Shown here in pieces: positions 37,719 to 50,985 of a stretch of 64,000 bases of DNA. The translations under genes and the position numbers were made by a program. Each line of letters begins with the position of its first letter. The stretch's first letter is position 1. The stretch is taken from assembly GCA_964016885.1 (NCBI GenBank), contig OZ024744.1, positions 23,312,001 through 23,376,000 of the forward strand, in the 5' to 3' direction. Source of the stretch: Eledone cirrhosa. Its lineage: Eukaryota. Below the pieces are notes generated by a model. It made no database searches and was not told where the DNA came from. It saw only the letters and a program-made list of their open reading frames with translations.

Positions 37719-40700
37719 TGAATCTTAAGATAAAACTCGTTTTAACAACAGTTGAATCTTAAGAACTGGCTCATTTTAACAACAGTTGAATCTTAAGAAC
37801 TGATTCGTTTTAACAACAGTTGAATCTTAAGATAAAACTCGTTTTAACAACAGTTGAATCTTAAGAACTGACTCGTTTTAACAACAGCTGAATCTTAAGA
37901 TAAAACTCGTTTTACAACAGTTGAATATTAAGAACTGACTCGTTTTATCAACAGTTCAACCTTAAGAACTGACTCGTTTTAACAACAGTTGAATCCTCAA
38001 ATAAAACTCGTTTTAACAACAGTTGAATCTTAAGAACTGACTCATTTTAACAACAGTTGAATCTTAAGATAAAACTCGTTTTAACAACAGTTGAATCTTA
38101 AGAACTGACTCGTTTTAACAACGGCTGAATTTTAAGATAAACTCGTTTTAACAACAGTTGAATCTTAAGAACTGACTCGTTTTAACAACAGCTAAATCTT
38201 AAGATAAAACTCGTTTTAACAACAGTTGAATCTTAAGTTAAAATTCGTTTTAACAACAGTTGAATCTTAAGAACTGACTCGTTTTAACAACAGCTGAATC
38301 CTCAAATAAAACTCATTTTAACAACAGTTGAATCTTAAGAACTGATTCGTTTTAACAACAGTTGAATCTTAAGATAAAACTCGTTTTACAACAGTTGAAT
38401 CTTAAGAACTGACTCGTTTTATCAACAGTTCAACCTTAAGAACTGACTCATCTTAACAACAGTTGAATCTTCAAATAAAACTCGTTTTAACAACAGTTGA
38501 ATCTTAAGAATTGATTCGTTTTAACAACAGCTGAATCTTAAGACAAAACTCGTTTTAACAACAGTTGAATCTTAAGATAAAATTCGTTTTAACAACAGTT
38601 GAATCTTAAGAACTGACTCGTTTTAACAACAGCTGAATCTTAAGATAAAACTCGTTGTAACAACAGTTGAATCTTAAGAACTGACTCGTTTTATCAACAG
38701 TTCAACCTTAAGCACTGACTCGTTTTAACAACACTTGAATCTTCAAATAAAACTCGTTTTAACAACAGTTGATTCTTCAGAACTGACTCGTTTTAACAAC
38801 AGCAGAATCTTAAGATAAAACTCGTTTTAACAACAGTTGAATCTTAAGATAAAATTCGTTTTAACAACAGTTGAATCTTAAGAACTGACTCGTTTTAACA
38901 ACAGCTGAATCTTAAGATAAAACTCGTTTTAACAACAGTTGAATCTTAAGAAGTGCCTCGTTTTATCAACAGTTCAACCTTAAGCACTGACTCGTTTTAA
39001 CAACAGTTGAATCTTCAAATAAAACTCGTTTTAACAACAGTTGATTCTTCAGAACTGACTCGTTTTAACAACAGTTGAATCTTAAGATAAAACTCGTTTT
39101 AACAACAGTTGAATCTTAAGAACTGACTCATTTTAACAACAGCTGAATCTTTAGATAAAACTCGTTTTAACAACAGTTGAATCTTAAGAACTGACTCGTT
39201 TTATCAACAGTTCAACCTTAAGAACTGACTCGTTTTAACAACAGTTGAATCCTCAAATAAAACTCGTTTTAACAACAGTTGAATCTTAAGAACTGACTCA
39301 TTTTAAGAACAGTTGAATCTTAAGATAAAACTCGTTTTAACAACAGTTGAATCTTAAGAACTGACTCGTTTTAACAACGGCTGAATTTTAAGATAAACTC
39401 GTTTTAACAACAGTTGAATCTTAAGAACTGACTCGTTTTAACAACAGCTAAATCTTAAGATAAAACTCGTTTTAACAACAGTTGAATCTTAAGAACTGAC
39501 TCGTTTTATCAACTGTTCAACCTTAAGAACTGACTCATCTTAACAACAGTTGAATCTTCAAATAAAATTCGTTTTAACAACAGTTGAATCTTAAGAACTG
39601 ACTCGTTTTAACAACAGTTCAACCTTAAGAACTGACTCGTTTTAAGAACAGTTGAATCTTAAGATAAAACTCGTTTTAACAACAGTTGAATCTTAAGAAC
39701 TGACTCATTTTAACAACAGTTGAATCTTAAGAACTGATTCGTTTTAACAACAGTTGAATCTTCAGATAAAACTCGTTTTAACTACAGTTGAATCTTAAGA
39801 ACTGACTCGTTTTAACAACAGTTGAATCTTAAGATAAAACTCGTTTTAACAACAGTTGAATCTTAAGAACTGACTCATTTTAACAACAGTTGAATCTTAA
39901 GAACTGATTCGTTTTAACAACAGTTGAATCTTAAGATAAAACTCGTTTTAACAACAGTTGAATCTTAAGAACTGACTCGTTTTAACAACAGCTGAATCTT
40001 AAGATAAAACTCGTTTTACAACAGTTGAATCTTCAAATAAAACTCGTTTTAACAACAGTTGAATCTTAAGAACTGATTCGTTTTAACAACAGCTGAATCT
40101 TAAGATAAAACTCGTTTTAACAGCAGTTGAATCTTAAGATAAAATTCGTTTTAACAACAGTTGAATCTTAAGAACTGACTCGTTTTAACAACAGCTGAAT
40201 CTTAAGATAAAACTCGTTTTAACAACAGTTGAATCTTAAGAACTGACTCGTTTTATCAACAGTTCAACCTTAAGCACTGACTCGTTTTAACAACAGTTGA
40301 ATCTTCAAATAAAACTCGTTTTAACAACAGTCGATTCTTCAGAACTGACTCGTTTTAACAACAGTTGAATCTTATGATAAAACTCGTTTTAACAACAGTT
40401 GAATCATAAGAACTGACTCATTTTAACAACAGCTGAATCTTTAGATAAAACTCGTTTTAACAACAGTTGAATCTTAAGAACTGACTCGTTTTATCAACAG
40501 TTCAACCTTAAGAACTGACTCGTTTTAACAACAGTTGAATCCTCAAATAAAACTCGTTTTAACAACAGTTGAATCTTAAGAACTGACTCGTTTTAACAAC
40601 AGTTGAATCTTAAGATAAAACTCGTTTTAACAACAGTTGAATCTTAAGAACTGACTCATTTTAACAACAGTTGAATCTTAAGAACTGATTCGTTTTAACA

Positions 40701-43700
40701 ACAGTTGAATCTTAAGATAAAACTCGTTTTAACAACAGTTGAATCTTAAGAACTGACTCGTTTTAACAACAGTTGAATCTTAAGATAAAACTCGTTTTAA
40801 CAACAGTTGAATCTTAAGAACTGACTCATTTTAACAACAGCTGAATCTTAAGATAAAACTCGTTTTAACAACAGTTGAATCTTAAGATAAAACTCGTTTT
40901 AACAACAGTTGAATCTTAAGAACTGACTCGTTTTATCAACAGTTCAACCTTAAGAACTGACTCATCTTAACAACAGTTGAATCTTCAAATAAAACTCGTT
41001 TTAACAACAGTTGAATCTTAAGAACTGATTCGTTTTAACAACAGCTGAATCTTAAGATAAAACTCGTTTTAACAACAGTTGAATCTTAAGATAAAATTCG
41101 TATTAACAACAGTTGAATCTTAAGAACTGACTCGTTTTAACAACAGCTGAATCTTAAGATAAAACTCGTTTTAACAACAGTTGAATCTTAAGAACTGACT
41201 CGTTTTATCAACAGTTCAACCTTAAGCACTGACTCGTTTTAACAACAGTTGAATCTTCAAATAAAACTCGTTTTAACAACAGTTGATTCTTCAGAACTGA
41301 CTCGTTTTAACAACAGATGAATCTTAAGATAAAACTCGTTTTAACAACAGTTGAATCTTAAGAACTGACTCATTTTAACAACAGCTGAATCTGTAGATAA
41401 AACTCGTTTTAACAACAGTTGAATCTTAAGAACTGACTCGTTTTATCAACAGTTCAACCTTAAGAACTGACTCGTTTTAACAACAGTTGAATCCTCAAAT
41501 AAAACTCGTTTTAACAACAGTTGAATCTTAAGAACTGACTCATTTTAACAACAGTTGAATCTTAAGATAAAACTCGTTTTAACAACAGTTGAATCTTAAG
41601 AACTGACTCGTTTTAACAACGGCTGAATTTTAAGATAAACTCGTTTTAACAACAGTTGAATCTTAAGAACTGACTCGTTTTAACAACAGCTAAATCTTAA
41701 GATAAAACTCGTTTTAACAACAGTTGAATCTTAAGAACTGACTCGTTTTATCAACAGTTCAACCTTAAGAACTGACTCATCTTAACAACAGTTGAATCTT
41801 CAAATAAAATTCGTTTTAACAACAGTTGAATCGTAAGAACTGATTCGTTTTAACAACAGCTGAATCTTAAGATAAATCTCGTTTTAACAACAGTTGAATC
41901 TTAAGATAAAATTCGTTTTAACAACAGTTGAATCTTAAGAACTGACTCGTTTTAACAACAGTTGAATCTTAAGATAAAACTCGTTTTAACAACAGTTGAA
42001 TCTTAAGAACTGACTCATTTTAACAACAGTTGAATCTTAAGATAAAACTCGTTTTAACAACAGTTGAATCTTAAGAACTGACTCGTTTTATCAACAGTTC
42101 AACCTTAGGCACTGACTCGTTTTAACAACAGTTGAATCTTCAAATAAAACTCGTTTTAACAACAGTTGATTCTTCAGAACTGACTCGTTTTAACAACAGT
42201 TGAATCTTAAGATAAAACTCGTTTTAACAACAGTTGAATCTTAAGAACTGACTCATTTTAACAACAGCTGAATCTTTAGATAAAACTCGTTTTAACAACA
42301 GTTGAATCTTAAGAACTGACTCGTTTTATCAACAGTTCAACCTTAAGAACTGACTCGTTTTAACAACAGTTGAATCCTCAAATAAAACTCGTTTTAACAA
42401 CAGTTGAATCTTAAGAACTGACTCATTTTAACAACAGTTGAATCTTAAGATAAAACTCGTTTTAACAAGAGTTGAATCTTAAGAACTGACTCGTTTTAAC
42501 AACGGCTGAATTTTAAGATAAACTCGTTTTAACAACAGTTGAATCTTAAGAACTGACTCGTTTTAACAACTGCTAAATCTTAAGATAAAACTCGTTTTAA
42601 CAACAGTTGAATCTTAAGAACTGACTCGTTTTATCAACAGTTCAACCTTAAGAACTGACTCATCTTAACAACAGTTGAATCTTCAAATAAAATTCGTTTT
42701 AACAACAGTTGAATCTTAAGAACTGACTCGTTTTAACAACAGTTGAATCTTAAGATAAAACTCGTTTTAACAACAGTTGAATCTTAAGAACTGACTCATT
42801 TTAACAACAGCTGAATCTTAAGATAAAACTCGTTTTAACAACAGTTGAATCTTAAGATAAAATTCGTTTTAACAACAGTTGAATCTTAAGAACTGACTCG
42901 TTTTAACAACAGCTGAATCTTAAGATAAAACTCGTTTTAACAACAGTTGAATCTTAAGAACTGACTCGTTTTATCAACAGTTCAACCTTAAGCACTGACT
43001 CGTTTTAACAACAGTTGAATCTTCAAATAAAACTCGTTTTAACAACAGTTGATTCTTCAGAACTGACTCGTTTTAACAACAGTTGAATCTTAAGATAAAA
43101 CTCGTTTTAACAACAGTTGAATCTTAAGAACTGACTCATATTAACAACAGCTGAATCTTTAGATAAATCTCGTTTTAACAACAGTTGAATCTTAAGAACT
43201 GACTCGTTTTAACAACAGTTGAATCCTCAAATAAAACTCGTTTTAACAACAGTTGAATCATAAGAACTGACTCGTTTTAACAACAGTTGAATCTTAAGAT
43301 AAAACTCGTTTTAACAACAGGTGAATCTTAAGAACTGACTCATTTTAACAACAGTTGAATCTTAAGAACTGATTCGTTTTAACAACAGTTGAATCTTCAG
43401 ATAAAACTCGTTTTAACTACAGTTGAATCTTAAGAACTGACTAGTTTTAACAACAGTTGAATCTTAAGATAAAACTCGTTTTAACAACAGTTGAATCTTA
43501 AGAACTGGCTCATTTTAACAACAGTTGAATCTTAAGAACTGATTCGTTTTAACAACAGTTGAATCTTAAGATAAAACTCGTTTTAACAACAGTTGAATCT
43601 TAAGAACTGACTCGTTTTAACAACAGCTGAATCTTAAGATAAAACTCGTTTTACAACAGTTGAATATTAAGAACTGACTCGTTTTATCAACAGTTCAACC

Positions 43701-46700
43701 TTAAGAACTGACTCGTTTTAACAACAGTTGAATCCTCAAATAAAACTCGTTTTAACAACAGTTGAATCTTAAGAACTGACTCATTTTAACAACAGTTGAA
43801 TCTTAAGATAAAACTCGTTTTAACAACAGTTGAATCTTAAGAACTGACTCGTTTTAACAACGGCTGAATTTTAAGATAAACTCGTTTTAACAACAGTTGA
43901 ATCTTAAGAACTGACTCGTTTTAACAACAGCTAAATCTTAAGATAAAACTCGTTTTAACAACAGTTGAATCTTAAGTTAAAATTCGTTTTAACAACAGTT
44001 GAATCTTAAGAACTGACTCGTTTTAACAACAGCTGAATCCTCAAATAAAACTCATTTTAACAACAGTTGAATCTTAAGAACTGATTCGTTTTAACAACAG
44101 TTGAATCTTAAGATAAAACTCGTTTTACAACAGTTGAATCTTAAGAACTGACTCGTTTTATCAACAGTTCAACCTTAAGAACTGACTCATCTTAACAACA
44201 GTTGAATCTTCAAATAAAACTCGTTTTAACAACAGTTGAATCTTAAGAATTGATTCGTTTTAACAACAGCTGAATCTTAAGACAAAACTCGTTTTAACAA
44301 CAGTTGAATCTTAAGATAAAATTCGTTTTAACAACAGTTGAATCTTAAGAACTGACTCGTTTTAACAACAGCTGAATCTTAAGATAAAACTCGTTGTAAC
44401 AACAGTTGAATCTTAAGAACTGACTCGTTTTATCAACAGTTCAACCTTAAGCACTGACTCGTTTTAACAACACTTGAATCTTCAAATAAAACTCGTTTTA
44501 ACAACAGTTGATTCTTCAGAACTGACTCGTTTTAACAACAGCAGAATCTTAAGATAAAACTCGTTTTAACAACAGTTGAATCTTAAGATAAAATTCGTTT
44601 TAACAACAGTTGAATCTTAAGAACTGACTCGTTTTAACAACAGCTGAATCTTAAGATAAAACTCGTTTTAACAACAGTTGAATCTTAAGAAGTGCCTCGT
44701 TTTATCAACAGTTCAACCTTAAGCACTGACTCGTTTTAACAACAGTTGAATCTTCAAATAAAACTCGTTTTAACAACAGTTGATTCTTCAGAACTGACTC
44801 GTTTTAACAACAGTTGAATCTTAAGATAAAACTCGTTTTAACAACAGTTGAATCTTAAGAACTGACTCATTTTAACAACAGCTGAATCTTTAGATAAAAC
44901 TCGTTTTAACAACAGTTGAATCTTAAGAACTGACTCGTTTTATCAACAGTTCAACCTTAAGAACTGACTCGTTTTAACAACAGTTGAATCCTCAAATAAA
45001 ACTCGTTTTAACAACAGTTGAATCTTAAGAACTGACTCATTTTAAGAACAGTTGAATCTTAAGATAAAACTCGTTTTAACAACAGTTGAATCTTAAGAAC
45101 TGACTCGTTTTAACAACGGCTGAATTTTAAGATAAACTCGTTTTAACAACAGTTGAATCTTAAGAACTGACTCGTTTTAACAACAGCTAAATCTTAAGAT
45201 AAAACTCGTTTTAACAACAGTTGAATCTTAAGAACTGACTCGTTTTATCAACTGTTCAACCTTAAGAACTGACTCATCTTAACAACAGTTGAATCTTCAA
45301 ATAAAATTCGTTTTAACAACAGTTGAATCTTAAGAACTGACTCGTTTTAACAACAGTTCAACCTTAAGAACTGACTCGTTTTAAGAACAGTTGAATCTTA
45401 AGATAAAACTCGTTTTAACAACAGTTGAATCTTAAGAACTGACTCATTTTAACAACAGTTGAATCTTAAGAACTGATTCGTTTTAACAACAGTTGAATCT
45501 TCAGATAAAACTCGTTTTAACTACAGTTGAATCTTAAGAACTGACTCGTTTTAACAACAGTTGAATCTTAAGATAAAACTCGTTTTAACAACAGTTGAAT
45601 CTTAAGAACTGACTCATTTTAACAACAGTTGAATCTTAAGAACTGATTCGTTTTAACAACAGTTGAATCTTAAGATAAAACTCGTTTTAACAACAGTTGA
45701 ATCTTAAGAACTGACTCGTTTTAACAACAGCTGAATCTTAAGATAAAACTCGTTTTACAACAGTTGAATCTTCAAATAAAACTCGTTTTAACAACAGTTG
45801 AATCTTAAGAACTGATTCGTTTTAACAACAGCTGAATCTTAAGATAAAACTCGTTTTAACAGCAGTTGAATCTTAAGATAAAATTCGTTTTAACAACAGT
45901 TGAATCTTAAGAACTGACTCGTTTTAACAACAGCTGAATCTTAAGATAAAACTCGTTTTAACAACAGTTGAATCTTAAGAACTGACTCGTTTTATCAACA
46001 GTTCAACCTTAAGCACTGACTCGTTTTAACAACAGTTGAATCTTCAAATAAAACTCGTTTTAACAACAGTCGATTCTTCAGAACTGACTCGTTTTAACAA
46101 CAGTTGAATCTTATGATAAAACTCGTTTTAACAACAGTTGAATCATAAGAACTGACTCATTTTAACAACAGCTGAATCTTTAGATAAAACTCGTTTTAAC
46201 AACAGTTGAATCTTAAGAACTGACTCGTTTTATCAACAGTTCAACCTTAAGAACTGACTCGTTTTAACAACAGTTGAATCCTCAAATAAAACTCGTTTTA
46301 ACAACAGTTGAATCTTAAGAACTGACTCGTTTTAACAACAGTTGAATCTTAAGATAAAACTCGTTTTAACAACAGTTGAATCTTAAGAACTGACTCATTT
46401 TAACAACAGTTGAATCTTAAGAACTGATTCGTTTTAACAACAGTTGAATCTTAAGATAAAACTCGTTTTAACAACAGTTGAATCTTAAGAACTGACTCGT
46501 TTTAACAACAGTTGAATCTTAAGATAAAACTCGTTTTAACAACAGTTGAATCTTAAGAACTGACTCATTTTAACAACAGCTGAATCTTAAGATAAAACTC
46601 GTTTTAACAACAGTTGAATCTTAAGATAAAACTCGTTTTAACAACAGTTGAATCTTAAGAACTGACTCGTTTTATCAACAGTTCAACCTTAAGAACTGAC

Positions 46701-49700
46701 TCATCTTAACAACAGTTGAATCTTCAAATAAAACTCGTTTTAACAACAGTTGAATCTTAAGAACTGATTCGTTTTAACAACAGCTGAATCTTAAGATAAA
46801 ACTCGTTTTAACAACAGTTGAATCTTAAGATAAAATTCGTATTAACAACAGTTGAATCTTAAGAACTGACTCGTTTTAACAACAGCTGAATCTTAAGATA
46901 AAACTCGTTTTAACAACAGTTGAATCTTAAGAACTGACTCGTTTTATCAACAGTTCAACCTTAAGCACTGACTCGTTTTAACAACAGTTGAATCTTCAAA
47001 TAAAACTCGTTTTAACAACAGTTGATTCTTCAGAACTGACTCGTTTTAACAACAGATGAATCTTAAGATAAAACTCGTTTTAACAACAGTTGAATCTTAA
47101 GAACTGACTCATTTTAACAACAGCTGAATCTGTAGATAAAACTCGTTTTAACAACAGTTGAATCTTAAGAACTGACTCGTTTTATCAACAGTTCAACCTT
47201 AAGAACTGACTCGTTTTAACAACAGTTGAATCCTCAAATAAAACTCGTTTTAACAACAGTTGAATCTTAAGAACTGACTCATTTTAACAACAGTTGAATC
47301 TTAAGATAAAACTCGTTTTAACAACAGTTGAATCTTAAGAACTGACTCGTTTTAACAACGGCTGAATTTTAAGATAAACTCGTTTTAACAACAGTTGAAT
47401 CTTAAGAACTGACTCGTTTTAACAACAGCTAAATCTTAAGATAAAACTCGTTTTAACAACAGTTGAATCTTAAGAACTGACTCGTTTTATCAACAGTTCA
47501 ACCTTAAGAACTGACTCATCTTAACAACAGTTGAATCTTCAAATAAAATTCGTTTTAACAACAGTTGAATCGTAAGAACTGATTCGTTTTAACAACAGCT
47601 GAATCTTAAGATAAATCTCGTTTTAACAACAGTTGAATCTTAAGATAAAATTCGTTTTAACAACAGTTGAATCTTAAGAACTGACTCGTTTTAACAACAG
47701 TTGAATCTTAAGATAAAACTCGTTTTAACAACAGTTGAATCTTAAGAACTGACTCATTTTAACAACAGTTGAATCTTAAGATAAAACTCGTTTTAACAAC
47801 AGTTGAATCTTAAGAACTGACTCGTTTTATCAACAGTTCAACCTTAGGCACTGACTCGTTTTAACAACAGTTGAATCTTCAAATAAAACTCGTTTTAACA
47901 ACAGTTGATTCTTCAGAACTGACTCGTTTTAACAACAGTTGAATCTTAAGATAAAACTCGTTTTAACAACAGTTGAATCTTAAGAACTGACTCATTTTAA
48001 CAACAGCTGAATCTTTAGATAAAACTCGTTTTAACAACAGTTGAATCTTAAGAACTGACTCGTTTTATCAACAGTTCAACCTTAAGAACTGACTCGTTTT
48101 AACAACAGTTGAATCCTCAAATAAAACTCGTTTTAACAACAGTTGAATCTTAAGAACTGACTCATTTTAACAACAGTTGAATCTTAAGATAAAACTCGTT
48201 TTAACAAGAGTTGAATCTTAAGAACTGACTCGTTTTAACAACGGCTGAATTTTAAGATAAACTCGTTTTAACAACAGTTGAATCTTAAGAACTGACTCGT
48301 TTTAACAACTGCTAAATCTTAAGATAAAACTCGTTTTAACAACAGTTGAATCTTAAGAACTGACTCGTTTTATCAACAGTTCAACCTTAAGAACTGACTC
48401 ATCTTAACAACAGTTGAATCTTCAAATAAAATTCGTTTTAACAACAGTTGAATCTTAAGAACTGACTCGTTTTAACAACAGTTGAATCTTAAGATAAAAC
48501 TCGTTTTAACAACAGTTGAATCTTAAGAACTGACTCATTTTAACAACAGCTGAATCTTAAGATAAAACTCGTTTTAACAACAGTTGAATCTTAAGATAAA
48601 ATTCGTTTTAACAACAGTTGAATCTTAAGAACTGACTCGTTTTAACAACAGCTGAATCTTAAGATAAAACTCGTTTTAACAACAGTTGAATCTTAAGAAC
48701 TGACTCGTTTTATCAACAGTTCAACCTTAAGCACTGACTCGTTTTAACAACAGTTGAATCTTCAAATAAAACTCGTTTTAACAACAGTTGATTCTTCAGA
48801 ACTGACTCGTTTTAACAACAGTTGAATCTTAAGATAAAACTCGTTTTAACAACAGTTGAATCTTAAGAACTGACTCATATTAACAACAGCTGAATCTTTA
48901 GATAAATCTCGTTTTAACAACAGTTGAATCTTAAGAACTGACTCGTTTTAACAACAGTTGAATCCTCAAATAAAACTCGTTTTAACAACAGTTGAATCAT
49001 AAGAACTGACTCGTTTTAACAACAGTTGAATCTTAAGATAAAACTCGTTTTAACAACAGGTGAATCTTAAGAACTGACTCATTTTAACAACAGTTGAATC
49101 TTAAGAACTGATTCGTTTTAACAACAGTTGAATCTTCAGATAAAACTCGTTTTAACTACAGTTGAATCTTAAGAACTGACTAGTTTTAACAACAGTTGAA
49201 TCTTAAGATAAAACTCGTTTTAACAACAGTTGAATCTTAAGAACTGGCTCATTTTAACAACAGTTGAATCTTAAGAACTGATTCGTTTTAACAACAGTTG
49301 AATCTTAAGATAAAACTCGTTTTAACAACAGTTGAATCTTAAGAACTGACTCGTTTTAACAACAGCTGAATCTTAAGATAAAACTCGTTTTACAACAGTT
49401 GAATATTAAGAACTGACTCGTTTTATCAACAGTTCAACCTTAAGAACTGACTCGTTTTAACAACAGTTGAATCCTCAAATAAAACTCGTTTTAACAACAG
49501 TTGAATCTTAAGAACTGACTCATTTTAACAACAGTTGAATCTTAAGATAAAACTCGTTTTAACAACAGTTGAATCTTAAGAACTGACTCGTTTTAACAAC
49601 GGCTGAATTTTAAGATAAACTCGTTTTAACAACAGTTGAATCTTAAGAACTGACTCGTTTTAACAACAGCTAAATCTTAAGATAAAACTCGTTTTAACAA

Positions 49701-50985
49701 CAGTTGAATCTTAAGTTAAAATTCGTTTTAACAACAGTTGAATCTTAAGAACTGACTCGTTTTAACAACAGCTGAATCCTCAAATAAAACTCATTTTAAC
49801 AACAGTTGAATCTTAAGAACTGATTCGTTTTAACAACAGTTGAATCTTAAGATAAATCTCGTTTTACAACAGTTGAATCTTAAGAACTGACTCGTTTTAT
49901 CAACAGTTCAACCTTAAGAACTGACTCATCTTAACAACAGTTGAATCTTCAAATAAAACTCGTTTTAACAACAGTTGAATCTTAAGAATTGATTCGTTTT
50001 AACAACAGCTGAATCTTAAGACAAAACTCGTTTTAACAACAGTTGAATCTTAAGATAAAATTCGTTTTAACAACAGTTGAATCTTAAGAACTGACTCGTT
50101 TTAACAACAGCTGAATCTTAAGATAAAACTCGTTGTAACAACAGTTGAATCTTAAGAACTGACTCGTTTTATCAACAGTTCAACCTTAAGCACTGACTCG
50201 TTTTAACAACACTTGAATCTTCAAATAAAACTCGTTTTAACAACAGTTGATTCTTCAGAACTGACTCGTTTTAACAACAGCAGAATCTTAAGATAAAACT
50301 CGTTTTAACAACAGTTGAATCTTAAGATAAAATTCGTTTTAACAACAGTTGAATCTTAAGAACTGACTCGTTTTAACAACAGCTGAATCTTAAGATAAAA
50401 CTCGTTTTAACAACAGTTGAATCTTAAGAAGTGCCTCGTTTTATCAACAGTTCAACCTTAAGCACTGACTCGTTTTAACAACAGTTGAATCTTCAAATAA
50501 AACTCGTTTTAACAACAGTTGATTCTTCAGAACTGACTCGTTTTAACAACAGTTGAATCTTAAGATAAAACTCGTTTTAACAACAGTTGAATCTTAAGAA
50601 CTGACTCATTTTAACAACAGCTGAATCTTTAGATAAAACTCGTTTTAACAACAGTTGAATCTTAAGAACTGACTCGTTTTATCAACAGTTCAACCTTAAG
50701 AACTGACTCGTTTTAACAACAGTTGAATCCTCAAATAAAACTCGTTTTAACAACAGTTGAATCTTAAGAACTGACTCATTTTAAGAACAGTTGAATCTTA
50801 AGATAAAACTCGTTTTAACAACAGTTGAATCTTAAGAACTGACTCGTTTTAACAACGGCTGAATTTTAAGATAAACTCGTTTTAACAACAGTTGAATCTT
50901 AAGAACTGACTCGTTTTAACAACAGCTAAATCTTAAGATAAAACTCGTTTTAACAACAGTTGAATCTTAAGAACTGACTCGTTTT
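37719..50985 (-). repeat. 5739-bp higher-order repeat (about 169 monomers), about 2.3 near-identical tandem copies
   Basis: CTGGC at 37766/43505/49244, AAGTGCC at 38951/44690/50429, TAGGC at 42106/47845 and TTAAGAACAG at 45042/50781 are all spaced by 5739. Confidence 0.93.
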
